A stretch of DNA of 64,000 bases, taken from NCBI GenBank assembly GCA_003559735.1, contig PWKN01000260.1:6235-70234 (forward strand), read 5' to 3'. The stretch comes from Bacteroidales bacterium (GTDB taxonomy: Bacteria; Bacteroidota; Bacteroidia; Bacteroidales; UBA7960). The position numbers were made by a program, and so were the translations under genes. The first letter of the stretch is position 1, and each line of letters starts with the position of its first letter. The notes beneath the pieces are model-generated. The model had not been told where the DNA came from and searched no databases. It saw nothing but the letters and a program-made list of their open reading frames with translations. This document shows, piece by piece, positions 9,622-19,866 of this stretch.

Positions 9622-10695
9622 ATGCTATTGGATAAACTACATGCGATCAATGAACGGTATAATGAGGTAGGCAAAATGATGACCGATCCTGATGTTATTG
9701 CTGATATGGGCCGGTATATTAAGCTCAGCAAAGAATACAAAGACCTTGAGCCGATCGTTGGTGCATATAAGGAGTATAAAAACGTGCTCGACAACATCAG
9801 CTCTGCCAAAGAACTCCTTGCAAGCGAAAAAGACCAGGAGTTCAGGGAGATGGCAAAAACAGAGCTCGACTCCCTGCAGGAGCAGCAGGAGCAGCTGGAG
9901 GAAGAGATTCGCGTGTTGCTGATCCCCTCTGATCCGCAGGATGAAAAGAATGCCATCGTTGAAATTCGTGCCGGCACCGGGGGTGATGAGGCTGCCATTT
10001 TTGCGGGTGACCTCTACCGGATGTATACCAAGTTTTGTGAAACGCGCGGTTGGAAAACCGAACTGGTGGATGTGAATGAAGGGACTTCCGGTGGATTTAA
10101 AGAGGTGATATTCAATGTTTCGGGTGATGGTGTATATGGGTTGATGAAGTACGAATCGGGTGTACACAGGGTACAACGGGTTCCCCAAACCGAGACCCAG
10201 GGCAGGGTGCATACCTCGGCCGCGACAGTAGCCGTGTTGCCCGAAGCCGGTGAATTTGACATTGAGCTGAAAACAAGCGACATCAAAAAGGAAACCTTTT
10301 GTTCTTCGGGTCCGGGCGGACAATCAGTCAATACAACATATTCGGCAGTGCGTCTCACGCATGTTCCAACCGGCATTGTTGTCTCCTGCCAGGATCAGAA
10401 ATCACAGATCAAGAACCTGGATAAAGCAATGAAGGTATTGCGTACCCGGCTGTTCGACATGGAATACAAGAAATACCTGGAAGAGATCGCTTCAAAACGC
10501 AAAACTATGGTGTCGACAGGCGACCGGTCTGCCAAAATCCGCACCTACAATTTCCCGCAGGGAAGGGTGACAGATCACCGGATCGGACTGACCCTTTACA
10601 GTTTGTCGTCTGTGATGGACGGTAACATTATCGAGATCATCGATGCCCTCCAGGTTGCAGAGAATGCTGAAAAGCTCAGGGAAGGGGTAACATAA
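9622..10695 (+). CDS. prfA: Peptide chain release factor 1
   Basis: GGQ motif ([12 protein letters not shown]). RF1-type PxT tripeptide region ([26 protein letters not shown]). Confidence 0.9.
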   Translation: MLLDKLHAINERYNEVGKMMTDPDVIADMGRYIKLSKEYKDLEPIVGAYKEYKNVLDNISSAKELLASEKDQEFREMAKTELDSLQEQQEQLEEEIRVLLIPSDPQDEKNAIVEIRAGTGGDEAAIFAGDLYRMYTKFCETRGWKTELVDVNEGTSGGFKEVIFNVSGDGVYGLMKYESGVHRVQRVPQTETQGRVHTSAATVAVLPEAGEFDIELKTSDIKKETFCSSGPGGQSVNTTYSAVRLTHVPTGIVVSCQDQKSQIKNLDKAMKVLRTRLFDMEYKKYLEEIASKRKTMVSTGDRSAKIRTYNFPQGRVTDHRIGLTLYSLSSVMDGNIIEIIDALQVAENAEKLREGVT

Positions 10696-10702
10696 CAGGC
10701 AT

Positions 10703-11572
10703 ATGAACCGACAGGAATTAATCGGGTTGATCCGCAAAAAGCAATCCTTTTTGTGTATCGGACTGGATACGGACATTGATCGTATTCCGGCATCACTCAG
10801 GAGCAGTGAGGATGATCCGGTATTTGCGTTCAACCGCCGTATTGTGGATGCAACGATCGACCTTACCGCAGCCTACAAGCCAAACCTCGCTTTTTATGAG
10901 TGTTTGGGCAGCAAAGGGTGGGAGAGTCTCGAAAAAACCGTACACTATATACGCAACCATGCTGGCGGACCGGTATTTATTATTGCTGACGGGAAGCGTG
11001 CCGACATTGGAAATACTTCAGGGTATTATGCGCGTGCTTTTTTTGAACGTTTGCCATTTGATGCAGTGACGGTGAACCCTTATATGGGACATGATTCCGT
11101 TAAACCGTTTTTGTCCTGCCCTGGTAAGTGGACCATTGTACTGGCACTGACTTCCAATCCCGGGGCGACCGACTTCCAGACGTTGCAGCCCCAGTTGCCT
11201 GCATTGCTTGAAAAGCTGGGAATAAAAACATGTTATTGGAAAAAACTGTATGAGCTGGTGATCGAGGAGAGCAGCAAATGGGGCGATACCGGCAATACAA
11301 TGTTCGTTGCCGGGGCAACACAGAACGGCATGCTGGCATCCGTCCGTGAACTTGTCCCTGATCATTTTTTGCTTATTCCAGGTGTTGGCGCGCAAGGTGG
11401 CAAACTCGAAGATGTTGCCGCAGCTGCCATGAATAAGGATGTAGGCATATTGGTAAACAGTTCGCGAAGCATCATCTATGCATCAAAGGGAAATGATTTT
11501 GATGCAAAAGCCAGGCAGGCAGCGCTGGCACTGCAGCAACAGATGGCAGCATTGCTGAATCCAGCCAGGTAA
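10703..11572 (+). CDS. pyrF: Orotidine-5'-phosphate decarboxylase (type 2)
   Basis: FLCIGLDTD and ADGKRADIGNTS motifs. About 280 aa. Confidence 0.85.
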   Translation: MNRQELIGLIRKKQSFLCIGLDTDIDRIPASLRSSEDDPVFAFNRRIVDATIDLTAAYKPNLAFYECLGSKGWESLEKTVHYIRNHAGGPVFIIADGKRADIGNTSGYYARAFFERLPFDAVTVNPYMGHDSVKPFLSCPGKWTIVLALTSNPGATDFQTLQPQLPALLEKLGIKTCYWKKLYELVIEESSKWGDTGNTMFVAGATQNGMLASVRELVPDHFLLIPGVGAQGGKLEDVAAAAMNKDVGILVNSSRSIIYASKGNDFDAKARQAALALQQQMAALLNPAR

Positions 11573-11578
11573 CTGAAC

Positions 11579-12367
11579 ATGATGAAAAAGAACACTCCCC
11601 CGCCAATTCCTCAAAAGATCGTCATTGCGCCCGCTTTTCACTCATATGAGTCACTGATAATCAATACCGTTCATTGTTTTGATAAGCTGGGATACAAGGT
11701 TGGTAAAGGGAAGCGGAACGTAGTAAAACATATAGGGACAGATCTCCTGCCGCTGAATGTGAAGTCTTTCCGGCCACCCAATTTTATCAATAGTTTAATA
11801 TACAAGCATTTAAGAAAATCAAAGGCACAACGTTCGTACGAATATGCCCGGTATTTGCTTGAAAGGAATATTGGGACACCCGAACCGGTTGCTTACCTGG
11901 AATACAGCTCGTGGCGGGGATTGAAAAAAAGTTTCTATATCAGCATTCACATAAAAGAAGACCTGACGTTCAGGACACTGATTGATCAACCCGGTTATCC
12001 TGACCGCGAAACGATCCTCAGGCAGTTTACCCGTTTTACCCATCGCATGCAGGAAGAAAACATCCTGTTCCTTGATCATTCACCGGGAAATACCCTGATC
12101 GTAAAACGGGATAAAGGCGAATATGACTTTTTCCTGGTGGACTTAAACAGGATGCGTCTCAATCATCAGCTGTCGGTGAGGGACAGGATAAGGAATTTTG
12201 GCAGGCTTGCAGCCACGGATGATATGATCGCCATCATCAGCGATGAATATGCCCGGCTCACAGGCTGGAAAAAAGAGTGGCTCAGCAGGCAAATAAAACA
12301 TTACACCCTTGAAAACCATCAAAGGCGTGCCCGGAAAAAGCGGATAAAAGGAAAACTGGGAAAATAA
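11579..12367 (+). CDS. Protein-kinase-like fold protein (Kdo/WaaP/InaA lipopolysaccharide kinase family)
   Basis: Catalytic-loop-like FLDHSPGNTLI and FLVDLNRM motifs. Basic C-terminus. Confidence 0.5.
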   Translation: MMKKNTPPPIPQKIVIAPAFHSYESLIINTVHCFDKLGYKVGKGKRNVVKHIGTDLLPLNVKSFRPPNFINSLIYKHLRKSKAQRSYEYARYLLERNIGTPEPVAYLEYSSWRGLKKSFYISIHIKEDLTFRTLIDQPGYPDRETILRQFTRFTHRMQEENILFLDHSPGNTLIVKRDKGEYDFFLVDLNRMRLNHQLSVRDRIRNFGRLAATDDMIAIISDEYARLTGWKKEWLSRQIKHYTLENHQRRARKKRIKGKLGK

Positions 12368-12380
12368 TGGCCGCAGCTTC

Positions 12381-12803
12381 CTATTCGTCTTCTTCCTTAT
12401 CCTCTTCCTTATCCTCTTCCTGCTCCTTGTCCTGGTCGTCCTCTTCGTCTTCCTCTTTTTTATCAAGGTCGTCGAAGGTGATATCGGTCTCTTCGCTGGC
12501 TGGTTTGTCAGATCTTTCAGGCGGACGCTCAATTATTTCACCCTGGAGTTCGTCAATGGCCTTGAAAACCTCTTCAAGGGCATCTTTGAACTTCTCAAAA
12601 TCTTCCCTGTAAAGGAATAATTTGTGCTTTTCGTAAAAAAACTTGCCTGTTTGCTGGTTAAACCGCCTCTTACTCTCCGTTATGGTAAGATACAATTCGT
12701 TGGAACGTGTTGACTTTACATCAAAAAAGTAGGTTCTCTTCCCTGCCCTTACTGCTTTTGAATAAATATCGTCCCTGGGAACATTTGTGCCAAATTCTTC
12801 CAT
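12381..12803 (-). CDS. PUR-alpha-like nucleic-acid-binding protein (DUF3276 family) with acidic C-terminal tail
   Basis: KAVRAGKRTYFFDVKSTRSNELYLTITESKRRF... matches my recollection of DUF3276. The C-terminus is EEDEEDDQDKEQEEDKEEDKEEDE. Confidence 0.6.
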   Translation of the reverse strand: MEEFGTNVPRDDIYSKAVRAGKRTYFFDVKSTRSNELYLTITESKRRFNQQTGKFFYEKHKLFLYREDFEKFKDALEEVFKAIDELQGEIIERPPERSDKPASEETDITFDDLDKKEEDEEDDQDKEQEEDKEEDKEEDE

Positions 12804-12917
12804 GATTTTTCTTTCTTTTCAAAAATTTTTGGCAATAAAATAAATAAAGATCACTCAGCCGTCATTTGGCCAACAACAAATTTACTAAATGCTTCGGATA
12901 TAGAAAAAAAAATCAGT

Positions 12918-12925
12918 TACTTTTG
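12918..12925 (+). promoter_or_regulatory. -7 promoter motif (TACTTTTG)
   Basis: TAnnTTTG match 84 nt upstream of nusB. Confidence 0.3.
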
Positions 12926-13008
12926 CATTGTTTTTTCCGGATTGATCCGGTTAATGGCTGTGAACAGTTGTTATGCTGTGTTTTTGATGATAAATTGACC
13001 GTTTTTCC

Positions 13009-13962
13009 ATGCTTAACAGAAGACATCTTCGTGTCAAGGTCTTGCAATGCCTTTATGCTTTTTTCCAATCAGACAATGATGATCTGACAAGCGGTGAAAA
13101 AGAATTGTTGCATGGCATTGAAATGATTTTTGATCTTTACCTGTTCCAGATGATGCTGCTGGTTGACCTTGCCGCCCATGAAGAAGGCATCATTGAGGGC
13201 AATAAGATGAAGTACCTCCCTACCCATCAAGACCTGCATCCCAACAAGCGTTTGTCAGATAATAAGTGCCTGCAGGCCATTGCCGTGGATGAACAAGTGC
13301 ATAAACTGGCAAGGAAACGCAATATTTCCTGGAACAATGAACGGGAACTGGTTCGCAAGCTGATGACGAAGATCAGGGAACAACATTATTACCAGGCATA
13401 TATGGAAGGGGAGGAACATGATTTAAAGGACGATACCTATTTTTTGCTGAAGGTGATCAACAAAAGCATTTTGCCTTTTGAAGACCTGCATGCTTTTTAT
13501 GAAGAAAAAAGCATTTACTGGATTGACGACTGGGAGTTGGTAAATATGATGATCATCAAAACATTAAAAAATACAATCCATTCAGGTGGTACATTTCAGC
13601 TGATGGAGCTTTACAAGGATCCGTCAGACAAGCAGTTTGCCGTGGAGTTATTCAGGAAGACCGTTGTTCACCACGATTCATTCAACAGGATCATCTCAGA
13701 AAAAACCGTGAACTGGGATGTGGAGCGCATTGCAATGATGGATATGATCATTATGGAAATGGCGTTGACAGAGATATTGAAATTCAGTGAGATCCCTGTA
13801 AAGGTGAGTTTAAATGAATACATCGAACTGTCAAAAATGTACAGCACACCCAAAAGCCGTTACTTTGTGAATGGCATCCTGGATAAACTCGTAGAGGAAT
13901 TTATCAGGGAGGGAAAAATTTCGGGGAATACCTCCGGGATTGATGATGTTGCTTCTGAATGA
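13009..13962 (+). CDS. nusB: Transcription antitermination factor NusB (long Bacteroidota form)
   Basis: N-terminus NRRHLRVKVLQCLYAF. C-terminal NusB core DVERIAMMDMIIMEMALTE...NEYIELSKMYSTPKSRYFVNGILDKL. Confidence 0.85.
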   Translation: MLNRRHLRVKVLQCLYAFFQSDNDDLTSGEKELLHGIEMIFDLYLFQMMLLVDLAAHEEGIIEGNKMKYLPTHQDLHPNKRLSDNKCLQAIAVDEQVHKLARKRNISWNNERELVRKLMTKIREQHYYQAYMEGEEHDLKDDTYFLLKVINKSILPFEDLHAFYEEKSIYWIDDWELVNMMIIKTLKNTIHSGGTFQLMELYKDPSDKQFAVELFRKTVVHHDSFNRIISEKTVNWDVERIAMMDMIIMEMALTEILKFSEIPVKVSLNEYIELSKMYSTPKSRYFVNGILDKLVEEFIREGKISGNTSGIDDVASE

Positions 13963-13968
13963 AATTGT

Positions 13969-13976
13969 TAACTTTG
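13969..13976 (+). promoter_or_regulatory. -7 promoter motif (TAACTTTG)
   Basis: TAnnTTTG match 33 nt upstream of yajC. Confidence 0.35.
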
Positions 13977-14008
13977 CCTTTTGAGAATATTTTAAACCAA
14001 AGATCCAA

Positions 14009-14338
14009 ATGATGAATGTATTGTCAGTATTATTGATGACTCCTGCAGAGAATGGTGGAAGCGGCTTAGGGGCGTTTTTACCTTTGATCCTTATTATTCT
14101 TGTATTCTACCTGTTCTTCATACGTCCACAAATGCGCAAGCAGAAACAACTCCGGCAGTACCGGGAGACATTGAAGAAGGGCGATAAGATTGTCACCGTC
14201 GGAGGCATTCACGGAAAAATCGTCGAAGAGCAGGAGCGAACCTTTACGATTGAAGTGGAGGGTGGCAACAGGTTGCGTGTTGAAAAATCTGCCATTGCAA
14301 TGGAAGGTGCTTCAGAACAGCTTGGAGACAGGCGCTGA
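14009..14338 (+). CDS. yajC: Preprotein translocase subunit YajC
   Basis: Single TM followed by IRPQMRKQKQLRQYRETLKKGDKIVTVGGIHGKIVE. Confidence 0.85.
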   Translation: MMNVLSVLLMTPAENGGSGLGAFLPLILIILVFYLFFIRPQMRKQKQLRQYRETLKKGDKIVTVGGIHGKIVEEQERTFTIEVEGGNRLRVEKSAIAMEGASEQLGDRR

Positions 14339-14340
14339 TA

Positions 14341-15348
14341 ATGAACTGGAAACTTATACTGCGAAATCGTAACAGACTAACACCCAGGGAGGCGGCAAGC
14401 CAGCGAAGGGTGTACATATTTGTTGTTTGTTTGGTTTGCAGTGCCATATTCTGGCTCTTTATTAAGCTTTCCTATGATACGCAGGCCGTGTTCGAAACGG
14501 AAGTAGTGTTTTATCAATTCCCCGAAGGGTACACAGGTGTGGCCCAAAGCGACAGCGTCATATCCTTTACCCTCGAATCGACCGGAATCAGGTTGATCGT
14601 CGCACGGTTTTTTTTACCGAAAGATTTGATGCGTTTTGATGCGGGAACCTTGCCACAATTAAAACGCAATGACAACCGCTATTTTTATTTGTCGAAAAAC
14701 GCACTGTTGGAGGGGATCAATTATTCCCTGGAGGGACGTGCACGGGTGACCGATGTTTATCCCGACACTGTATTTCTTCAATTGTCGCCGGTAACAGAAA
14801 AACGGTTGCCAGTTTCGCTGAATGCCAGCATTTCTTTTGAACGGCGTTTCGACCTGTATGGGGAGATCACCATTAACCCTGACAGTGTCCTGGTAAGGGG
14901 TCCCAAAAACGTTCTTGATACCCTTAGTGCCATATATACGGAAAAATGGGAGGCCAGTGGCTTGCGAAAGTCAACCGACCAGCGGTTAAGCATTCAGCTT
15001 CCCAAAGGTGTCCCGTCGGTGACGACTGACAAAGAAGAAGTATTGGTCAGGGTTCCCGTGGAAGAGTTTACCGAAGCATCCAAAGAGCTTCCTGTAACAA
15101 TTGTTTGTCCGGATAACCTGCCTTCACAGGATGTTCGCCTGTTTCCCGCAACTGTCCGGGTGCACTACCTCGTGGCCTTCAGTGACTACCAGGCGGTGAG
15201 TGAAAAAATGTTCCATGCCACCGTCACTTGTCCGCAAGCCATAAGCGATAGTGACGGGAGGCTCAATGTCAGACTGGAAACATATCCGTCTTTTGTTGAT
15301 ATTCTTTATTACAGACCCGAATATGTTGAATACATAATCCTGGAATAA
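14341..15348 (+). CDS. YbbR-like (CdaR-like) domain-containing membrane protein
   Basis: N-terminal TM plus about 300 aa of beta-rich repeats. The nusB-yajC-YbbR-coaE gene order is one I recall as conserved in Bacteroidota. The call rests mainly on context. Confidence 0.5.
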   Translation: MNWKLILRNRNRLTPREAASQRRVYIFVVCLVCSAIFWLFIKLSYDTQAVFETEVVFYQFPEGYTGVAQSDSVISFTLESTGIRLIVARFFLPKDLMRFDAGTLPQLKRNDNRYFYLSKNALLEGINYSLEGRARVTDVYPDTVFLQLSPVTEKRLPVSLNASISFERRFDLYGEITINPDSVLVRGPKNVLDTLSAIYTEKWEASGLRKSTDQRLSIQLPKGVPSVTTDKEEVLVRVPVEEFTEASKELPVTIVCPDNLPSQDVRLFPATVRVHYLVAFSDYQAVSEKMFHATVTCPQAISDSDGRLNVRLETYPSFVDILYYRPEYVEYIILE

Positions 15349-15396
15349 CCTGTTCAGGGTTGTCGTGCCAGGGAACAAAAAAAAGGTTTGTTGATT

Positions 15397-15990
15397 ATGC
15401 TGCTCGCTGGACTAACGGGGAACATTGGAAGTGGTAAGACTACGGTGAGCCGGCTGTTTGGCCAGCTTGGCGTTCCGGTTTACCACGCCGACGTAAAAGG
15501 ACGGCAGCTCTTGAAACAGGCGGCTGTCAGGGATCGCATCGGCAAATTGTTTGGGAAGGATGTCCTTGACGGTGCGGGCAATGTAGACCGGAAAAAACTG
15601 GCATCTGTCGTGTTCTCAGATGACAATATGCTCCATAAGCTGAATGCGATCATCCATCCCCTTGTCAGAGATGATTTTCAAAGGTGGACCGCCGGACAAA
15701 GAAGTGTGCGGTATGTGATCCAGGAGGCGGCCATATTGTTTGAAACAGGTCATGCGAAGCATTTTGACAGGATCATTGTGGTTGCCGCTCCGCTCAATAT
15801 GCGGCTGGACAGGGTTTGCAAACGCGATAACGTCTCACCTGATGATGTGCTCAAAAGGGCCCGACATCAAATGGAGGAGGAAGTCAAGATCATGCGCGCT
15901 GATTACGTAATAACGAATGACGGGGAAACAGCCCTGACTCCACAGGTGCACCACATACACCGCCTGTTGTGGACTGCGGCCGGTGATTGA
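15397..15990 (+). CDS. coaE: Dephospho-CoA kinase
   Basis: P-loop GLTGNIGSGKTTV. About 195 aa. ATG at 15397 (the ORF track starts at a TTG at 15388). Confidence 0.85.
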   Translation: MLLAGLTGNIGSGKTTVSRLFGQLGVPVYHADVKGRQLLKQAAVRDRIGKLFGKDVLDGAGNVDRKKLASVVFSDDNMLHKLNAIIHPLVRDDFQRWTAGQRSVRYVIQEAAILFETGHAKHFDRIIVVAAPLNMRLDRVCKRDNVSPDDVLKRARHQMEEEVKIMRADYVITNDGETALTPQVHHIHRLLWTAAGD

Positions 15991-16053
15991 CAAAACCATT
16001 ATGCGATGACAAAATAAGGGGGTTCGCTTTTTCGTTTTTTTGTATCAAATCAT

Positions 16054-17157
16054 TTGAAAACGTTATTTGTGTTGGTGAAAAATCTCGTATTTATCATATT
16101 GTTGGCCCTGTTGACGGCAGGTAGCGGGACTTACGGACAGCAACAAAGTGGCCGTGTGTATGAGTTCCTGAACCTTCCCCCAACGGCCAGGATCACGGCT
16201 GCAGGTGGACAGGCATTTCCGGTATTTGATCCGGATATCGGAATGGCCGTGGTAATCCCCTCCCTGTTGAGCCAGGTCAGTGACAACCATTTGTCGCTTA
16301 ATTTTGTTGATTATTTTGATGACATCAACTACGGACTTGTTGCGTTTAGTCATTATTTTGAAGAGTTGGGACATTTTAGCGGATCAGTTCAGTATATCGA
16401 CTATGGCCGGTTTGTAGAAGCCGACGAGTTCGGACAGGTCACCGGTCAGTTTTCGGCCGGTGAATATAGCTTCCAGCTGGGCTGGGGCAGGGCATTGAAT
16501 GAACAGTTCTCAATTGGCAGCAACCTGAAGCTGATCTATTCCGATTTTTACGATTATAATTCGTTCGGACTGGCTACCGATGTTTCGGTGCTGTATCAGA
16601 AACACGATCATTTGCTGGCTGTTTCTCTGGTGGCCCGCAACATTGGCCGCCAGCTGACTTATTATCATGACGGCAATCGTGAACCGCTGCCCTTCGACCT
16701 GATGCTGGGGGTTACAAAAAAGCTGGCCAATGCTCCTTTTCAGTTCTCTATGGTCGCCAACAACCTGCATCATTATGACCTTACCTATGATTCGCCTTTA
16801 AGGATGCCCGATCATCATGACAACGGGGATGATGACCGGGGGTTCCAGGACAGGCTTGGTGATTTTTCGGGAAACCTGATGCGCCATATCGTGTTGGGGG
16901 TAGAGTTTACTCCATTGCAAAGCTTTAGTTTCCGGGCTGGTTATAACTACCGGAGGCGACAGGAGATGAAGGTCGACACCCGGTTGTCTACCGTTGGATT
17001 TTCGTGGGGATTCGGAATGCAGATATCGCGCTTCCGGCTCAATTATGGCCGGTCTAACCATCACCTGGCAGGTGCCCCCAACCACATATCGATAAGTACC
17101 AGTTTGCAGGAACTTTTTCACCGGCCAGGGAATAACCAATCAGACAGAACCAACTAA
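16054..17157 (+). CDS. porQ: Type IX secretion system protein PorQ
   Basis: Signal peptide followed by VYEFLNLPPTARITAAGG, INYG, ATDV..., NIGRQL, and the C-terminal RAGYNYRRRQEM...FGMQISRFRLNYGRS pattern typical of PorQ family beta-barrels. The start is a TTG and is uncertain. Confidence 0.7.
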   Translation: MKTLFVLVKNLVFIILLALLTAGSGTYGQQQSGRVYEFLNLPPTARITAAGGQAFPVFDPDIGMAVVIPSLLSQVSDNHLSLNFVDYFDDINYGLVAFSHYFEELGHFSGSVQYIDYGRFVEADEFGQVTGQFSAGEYSFQLGWGRALNEQFSIGSNLKLIYSDFYDYNSFGLATDVSVLYQKHDHLLAVSLVARNIGRQLTYYHDGNREPLPFDLMLGVTKKLANAPFQFSMVANNLHHYDLTYDSPLRMPDHHDNGDDDRGFQDRLGDFSGNLMRHIVLGVEFTPLQSFSFRAGYNYRRRQEMKVDTRLSTVGFSWGFGMQISRFRLNYGRSNHHLAGAPNHISISTSLQELFHRPGNNQSDRTN

Positions 17158-17159
17158 GC

Positions 17160-18827
17160 ATGGCAGGGTTTAGAATGATCAGTTGCTTTCTTTTTATCCT
17201 CTTTTCGGTCGGCAATATTGTCAGCACGCCCGTGCCACCGTTTCAGTTCTGCCAGCATCATGGAGCAGGGTATGGCGGACAGGGGTTTTGGGTGTTCTTT
17301 ACTGATAAGGATGGTGTGGTATTTGACCCATATCTTTTTTTTGACGAAAAAGCCATTGAGCGACGCCTCTCTCTTGACCTTTGCCTGTATGATACCCTTG
17401 ATTTCCCGGTTCGTACCGATTACAAGGATTCGGTTGCTGCGCTGACGGGCAGCAGTGTAGTGGTATCGCGGTGGCTGAATGCCGTTCACGTCTACACTGA
17501 TCGCGGCATGGCTTATTACCTGGAAGATCTTCCGTTCGTCAGGAAAGTACGTCCGGCGACCACTCGATTGTTGCCTGCAACTTCAGGCACATACGACAAT
17601 ACCGGCAACCTTTTTTTGGAGCCTGCTGATACGGCCTTGTTTCAGGAGCAGATACGACATCTGTCGGCAGCGTATTTTACCCAAAACGGGTACGACGGGG
17701 AGGGCATACGTATTGCCGTATTTGATGCGGGGTTCAGGGGAGTGAACACCCATCCTGCTTTCAGGCACCTGAAGAGCAACGGACAGATTGTTGGGACGTG
17801 GGACTTCCACAGGGGCAGGAAAAATGTTTATACTTCAAGTGCACATGGTACAATGGTACTATCGGCAATTGCGGGCTTGCTGCATGAGGGCAATCTGGGT
17901 ATTGCCACAGGGGCTGAGTTTCTGCTTGCCCGTACCGAGATTTTCCGTGAACCCCTGGCAGAAGAACAATACTGGCTTGCGGCTGTTGAATGGGCCGATC
18001 AAAAAGGGGCAGATATCATCAATTCATCGTTGGGATATGTGTTTCACCGTTACTTTCCCGAGGAGATGGACGGACAAACCTCACTGGTGGCAAGGGCAGC
18101 CCATATTGCCGCCGGGAAAGGCATCCTGGTTGTAAATGCTGCGGGGAACATGGGCAATAATCAGCAATGGCGCATCATCGTGACCCCGGCCGATGCCGAT
18201 AGTGTTCTGACAGTTGGTGCGCTTGATTTTCCTTCGCTGCTCAGGGCAGACTACAGCTCTGTCGGTCCGACGGCTGATGGGCGGATGAAACCCAATGTGA
18301 GCGCCCTTGGCACAGTGGTGGCAGCCAATCGCAGAAGACTTGCCACACCATCGGGCACATCATTCGCTGCACCTTTGATAACGGGTTTTGCAGCCTGCCT
18401 GTGGCAGATGTACCCTTCGTGGACGAATATGCAGGTGTTTCAGGCCATCGAGAGAAGCGGGTCCCTTTATCCTTATTACGATTATGCCCATGGATATGGT
18501 ACTCCGCAGGCATCGTACTTTTTTGATGACCATACCAGGTTTGTATCTCCACGATTCGACATCAGGCAAAGTAACGATTCGGTAAAGGTGGTCATCAGGG
18601 AACAAATCACCAGGTATGACGGCGGGGAACAGGAAAAGAAAATTATTGATGATTATCTTTACTACCATATAAAAAATCGTGATGGGGGTATTGATGCGTA
18701 TTTTGTTGTTGACCTTGAAGGAGCAAACAAGATGCGCCTTTCAAAAGAAAACATGAAAGAGGGACAGACGGTTTTATTTCACTACAAGGGGTATACCGCT
18801 GCCGTGCGGATTGAAGGCAGATGGTAA
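17160..18827 (+). CDS. S8 family (subtilisin-like) serine peptidase
   Basis: Catalytic triad motifs: IAVFDAGF (Asp), HGTMVLSAIAG (His), SGTSFAAPLITG (Ser). Confidence 0.85.
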   Translation: MAGFRMISCFLFILFSVGNIVSTPVPPFQFCQHHGAGYGGQGFWVFFTDKDGVVFDPYLFFDEKAIERRLSLDLCLYDTLDFPVRTDYKDSVAALTGSSVVVSRWLNAVHVYTDRGMAYYLEDLPFVRKVRPATTRLLPATSGTYDNTGNLFLEPADTALFQEQIRHLSAAYFTQNGYDGEGIRIAVFDAGFRGVNTHPAFRHLKSNGQIVGTWDFHRGRKNVYTSSAHGTMVLSAIAGLLHEGNLGIATGAEFLLARTEIFREPLAEEQYWLAAVEWADQKGADIINSSLGYVFHRYFPEEMDGQTSLVARAAHIAAGKGILVVNAAGNMGNNQQWRIIVTPADADSVLTVGALDFPSLLRADYSSVGPTADGRMKPNVSALGTVVAANRRRLATPSGTSFAAPLITGFAACLWQMYPSWTNMQVFQAIERSGSLYPYYDYAHGYGTPQASYFFDDHTRFVSPRFDIRQSNDSVKVVIREQITRYDGGEQEKKIIDDYLYYHIKNRDGGIDAYFVVDLEGANKMRLSKENMKEGQTVLFHYKGYTAAVRIEGRW

Positions 18828-18893
18828 TACGCCGATGGATAAGGCAGTGACATGATGGTCCTTCGGGAAGCAGACAAAAACTGCAAATGATCT

Positions 18894-19619
18894 ATGATAA
18901 CGATGCTACAAATGATGGTACGACTTTGCTTAAGCTTGTTCATACTGTTTGCCGGATACGCTGTATCGGCCCAAAGTGTGATTATTGCTGAGGATGTTCG
19001 CGGGATGGATGAGGAGAAACAATATGGGATGAACCGCAGGCACTTTTCACATTCGTGGATAGGCATTGGCTTTGCGGCTGGTCCCCCGGGTGATCCGGGT
19101 GCTGACATCCACTATTGGCGGTCCAGGTCCCTCGAATATGGCTACCGTTATAAGCGGCAGTATTCGAATGTGTTTTCAAATGGTGCTGAACTCATAATAA
19201 GGCGTAGTGCTTATCACCTAAGGCAAAGAGACGAAAAATCCGTACCCGGCCCAACCATTCATGAATGGGAAAAGCTGGTGTTCTTTCAAACCGGCATTGG
19301 CTTGTATCAAAGGATAAATGTTGATCAGCGTGGCGATTATATCGGACGTTTTATCGACCTGGGTGGCTATGCAAAATGGAACTTCCATGTTCGCCATGTA
19401 ACGCTTGACGAATATGATGATGGCGAACGGGTCCGGGTCAGGCGAACGGGAATGAACTATCCCGAAACATTTGATTACGGCGTGCTGGTCCGCCTGGGTC
19501 TGAACAGCATCGTATTCAAAGGAACGTACCGGATTTCAGGGATGTTCAGGGATTCGGCAAACCTGCCCGATCTGCCAAAATTGACGTTTGGAATGGAGAT
19601 TGGGCTTCATCCCTTTTAG
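18894..19619 (+). CDS. Hypothetical outer-membrane beta-barrel-like protein
   Basis: Signal peptide (LFILFAGYAVSAQS), alternating beta-strand pattern and a C-terminal aromatic residue (GLHPF). No recognised family. Confidence 0.45.
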   Translation: MITMLQMMVRLCLSLFILFAGYAVSAQSVIIAEDVRGMDEEKQYGMNRRHFSHSWIGIGFAAGPPGDPGADIHYWRSRSLEYGYRYKRQYSNVFSNGAELIIRRSAYHLRQRDEKSVPGPTIHEWEKLVFFQTGIGLYQRINVDQRGDYIGRFIDLGGYAKWNFHVRHVTLDEYDDGERVRVRRTGMNYPETFDYGVLVRLGLNSIVFKGTYRISGMFRDSANLPDLPKLTFGMEIGLHPF

Positions 19620-19866
19620 GGAACCTTCCGAGGAACTGGAAGCTCCCGCAGGGACTTCCAGCTTCCGATGGGAAAACCTTCCGGAAAAGGGGTCGTCGTC
19701 TGGAAGCTTCCAGTTGCTTCGCAAGCTGGAAGTTCCAGGAACTGGAAGCTCCCGCAGGGACTTCCAGCTTCCGATGGGGAAACCTTCCGGAAAAGGGGTC
19801 GTCGTCTGGAAGCTTCCAGTTGCTTCGCAAGCTGGAAGTTCCATTCGCAAGCTGGAAGTTCCGGGC
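19620..19866. repeat. 106-bp tandem repeat x2.2 composed of nested GGAAG/CTTCC palindromes, filling a convergent intergenic gap
   Basis: Units start at 19632 and 19738 and differ by 1 nt. A partial third unit (ttcgcaagctggaagttcc) follows. Each unit holds ctggaag-c-tccc-gca-ggga-cttccag, ccttccggaaaagg, the perfect 14-bp palindrome ctggaagcttccag, and cttccag-tt-gctt-cgc-aagc-tggaag. Confidence 0.9.

Noticed and set aside
9237-9998. 253-aa minus-strand ORF spanning the purM-like end, the intergenic spacer and the prfA start
   Set aside because: It is Ser/Leu-rich and low-complexity. It is antisense to two motif-supported genes and crosses a promoter region.
12367-12612. 81-aa Ser-rich plus-strand ORF
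   Set aside because: It is the antisense reading of the GAA/GAG-rich acidic tail of the PUR-like gene.
19620-19866. CRISPR array
   Set aside because: The units are contiguous 106-bp tandem copies with no unique spacers, and there are no cas genes in the window.
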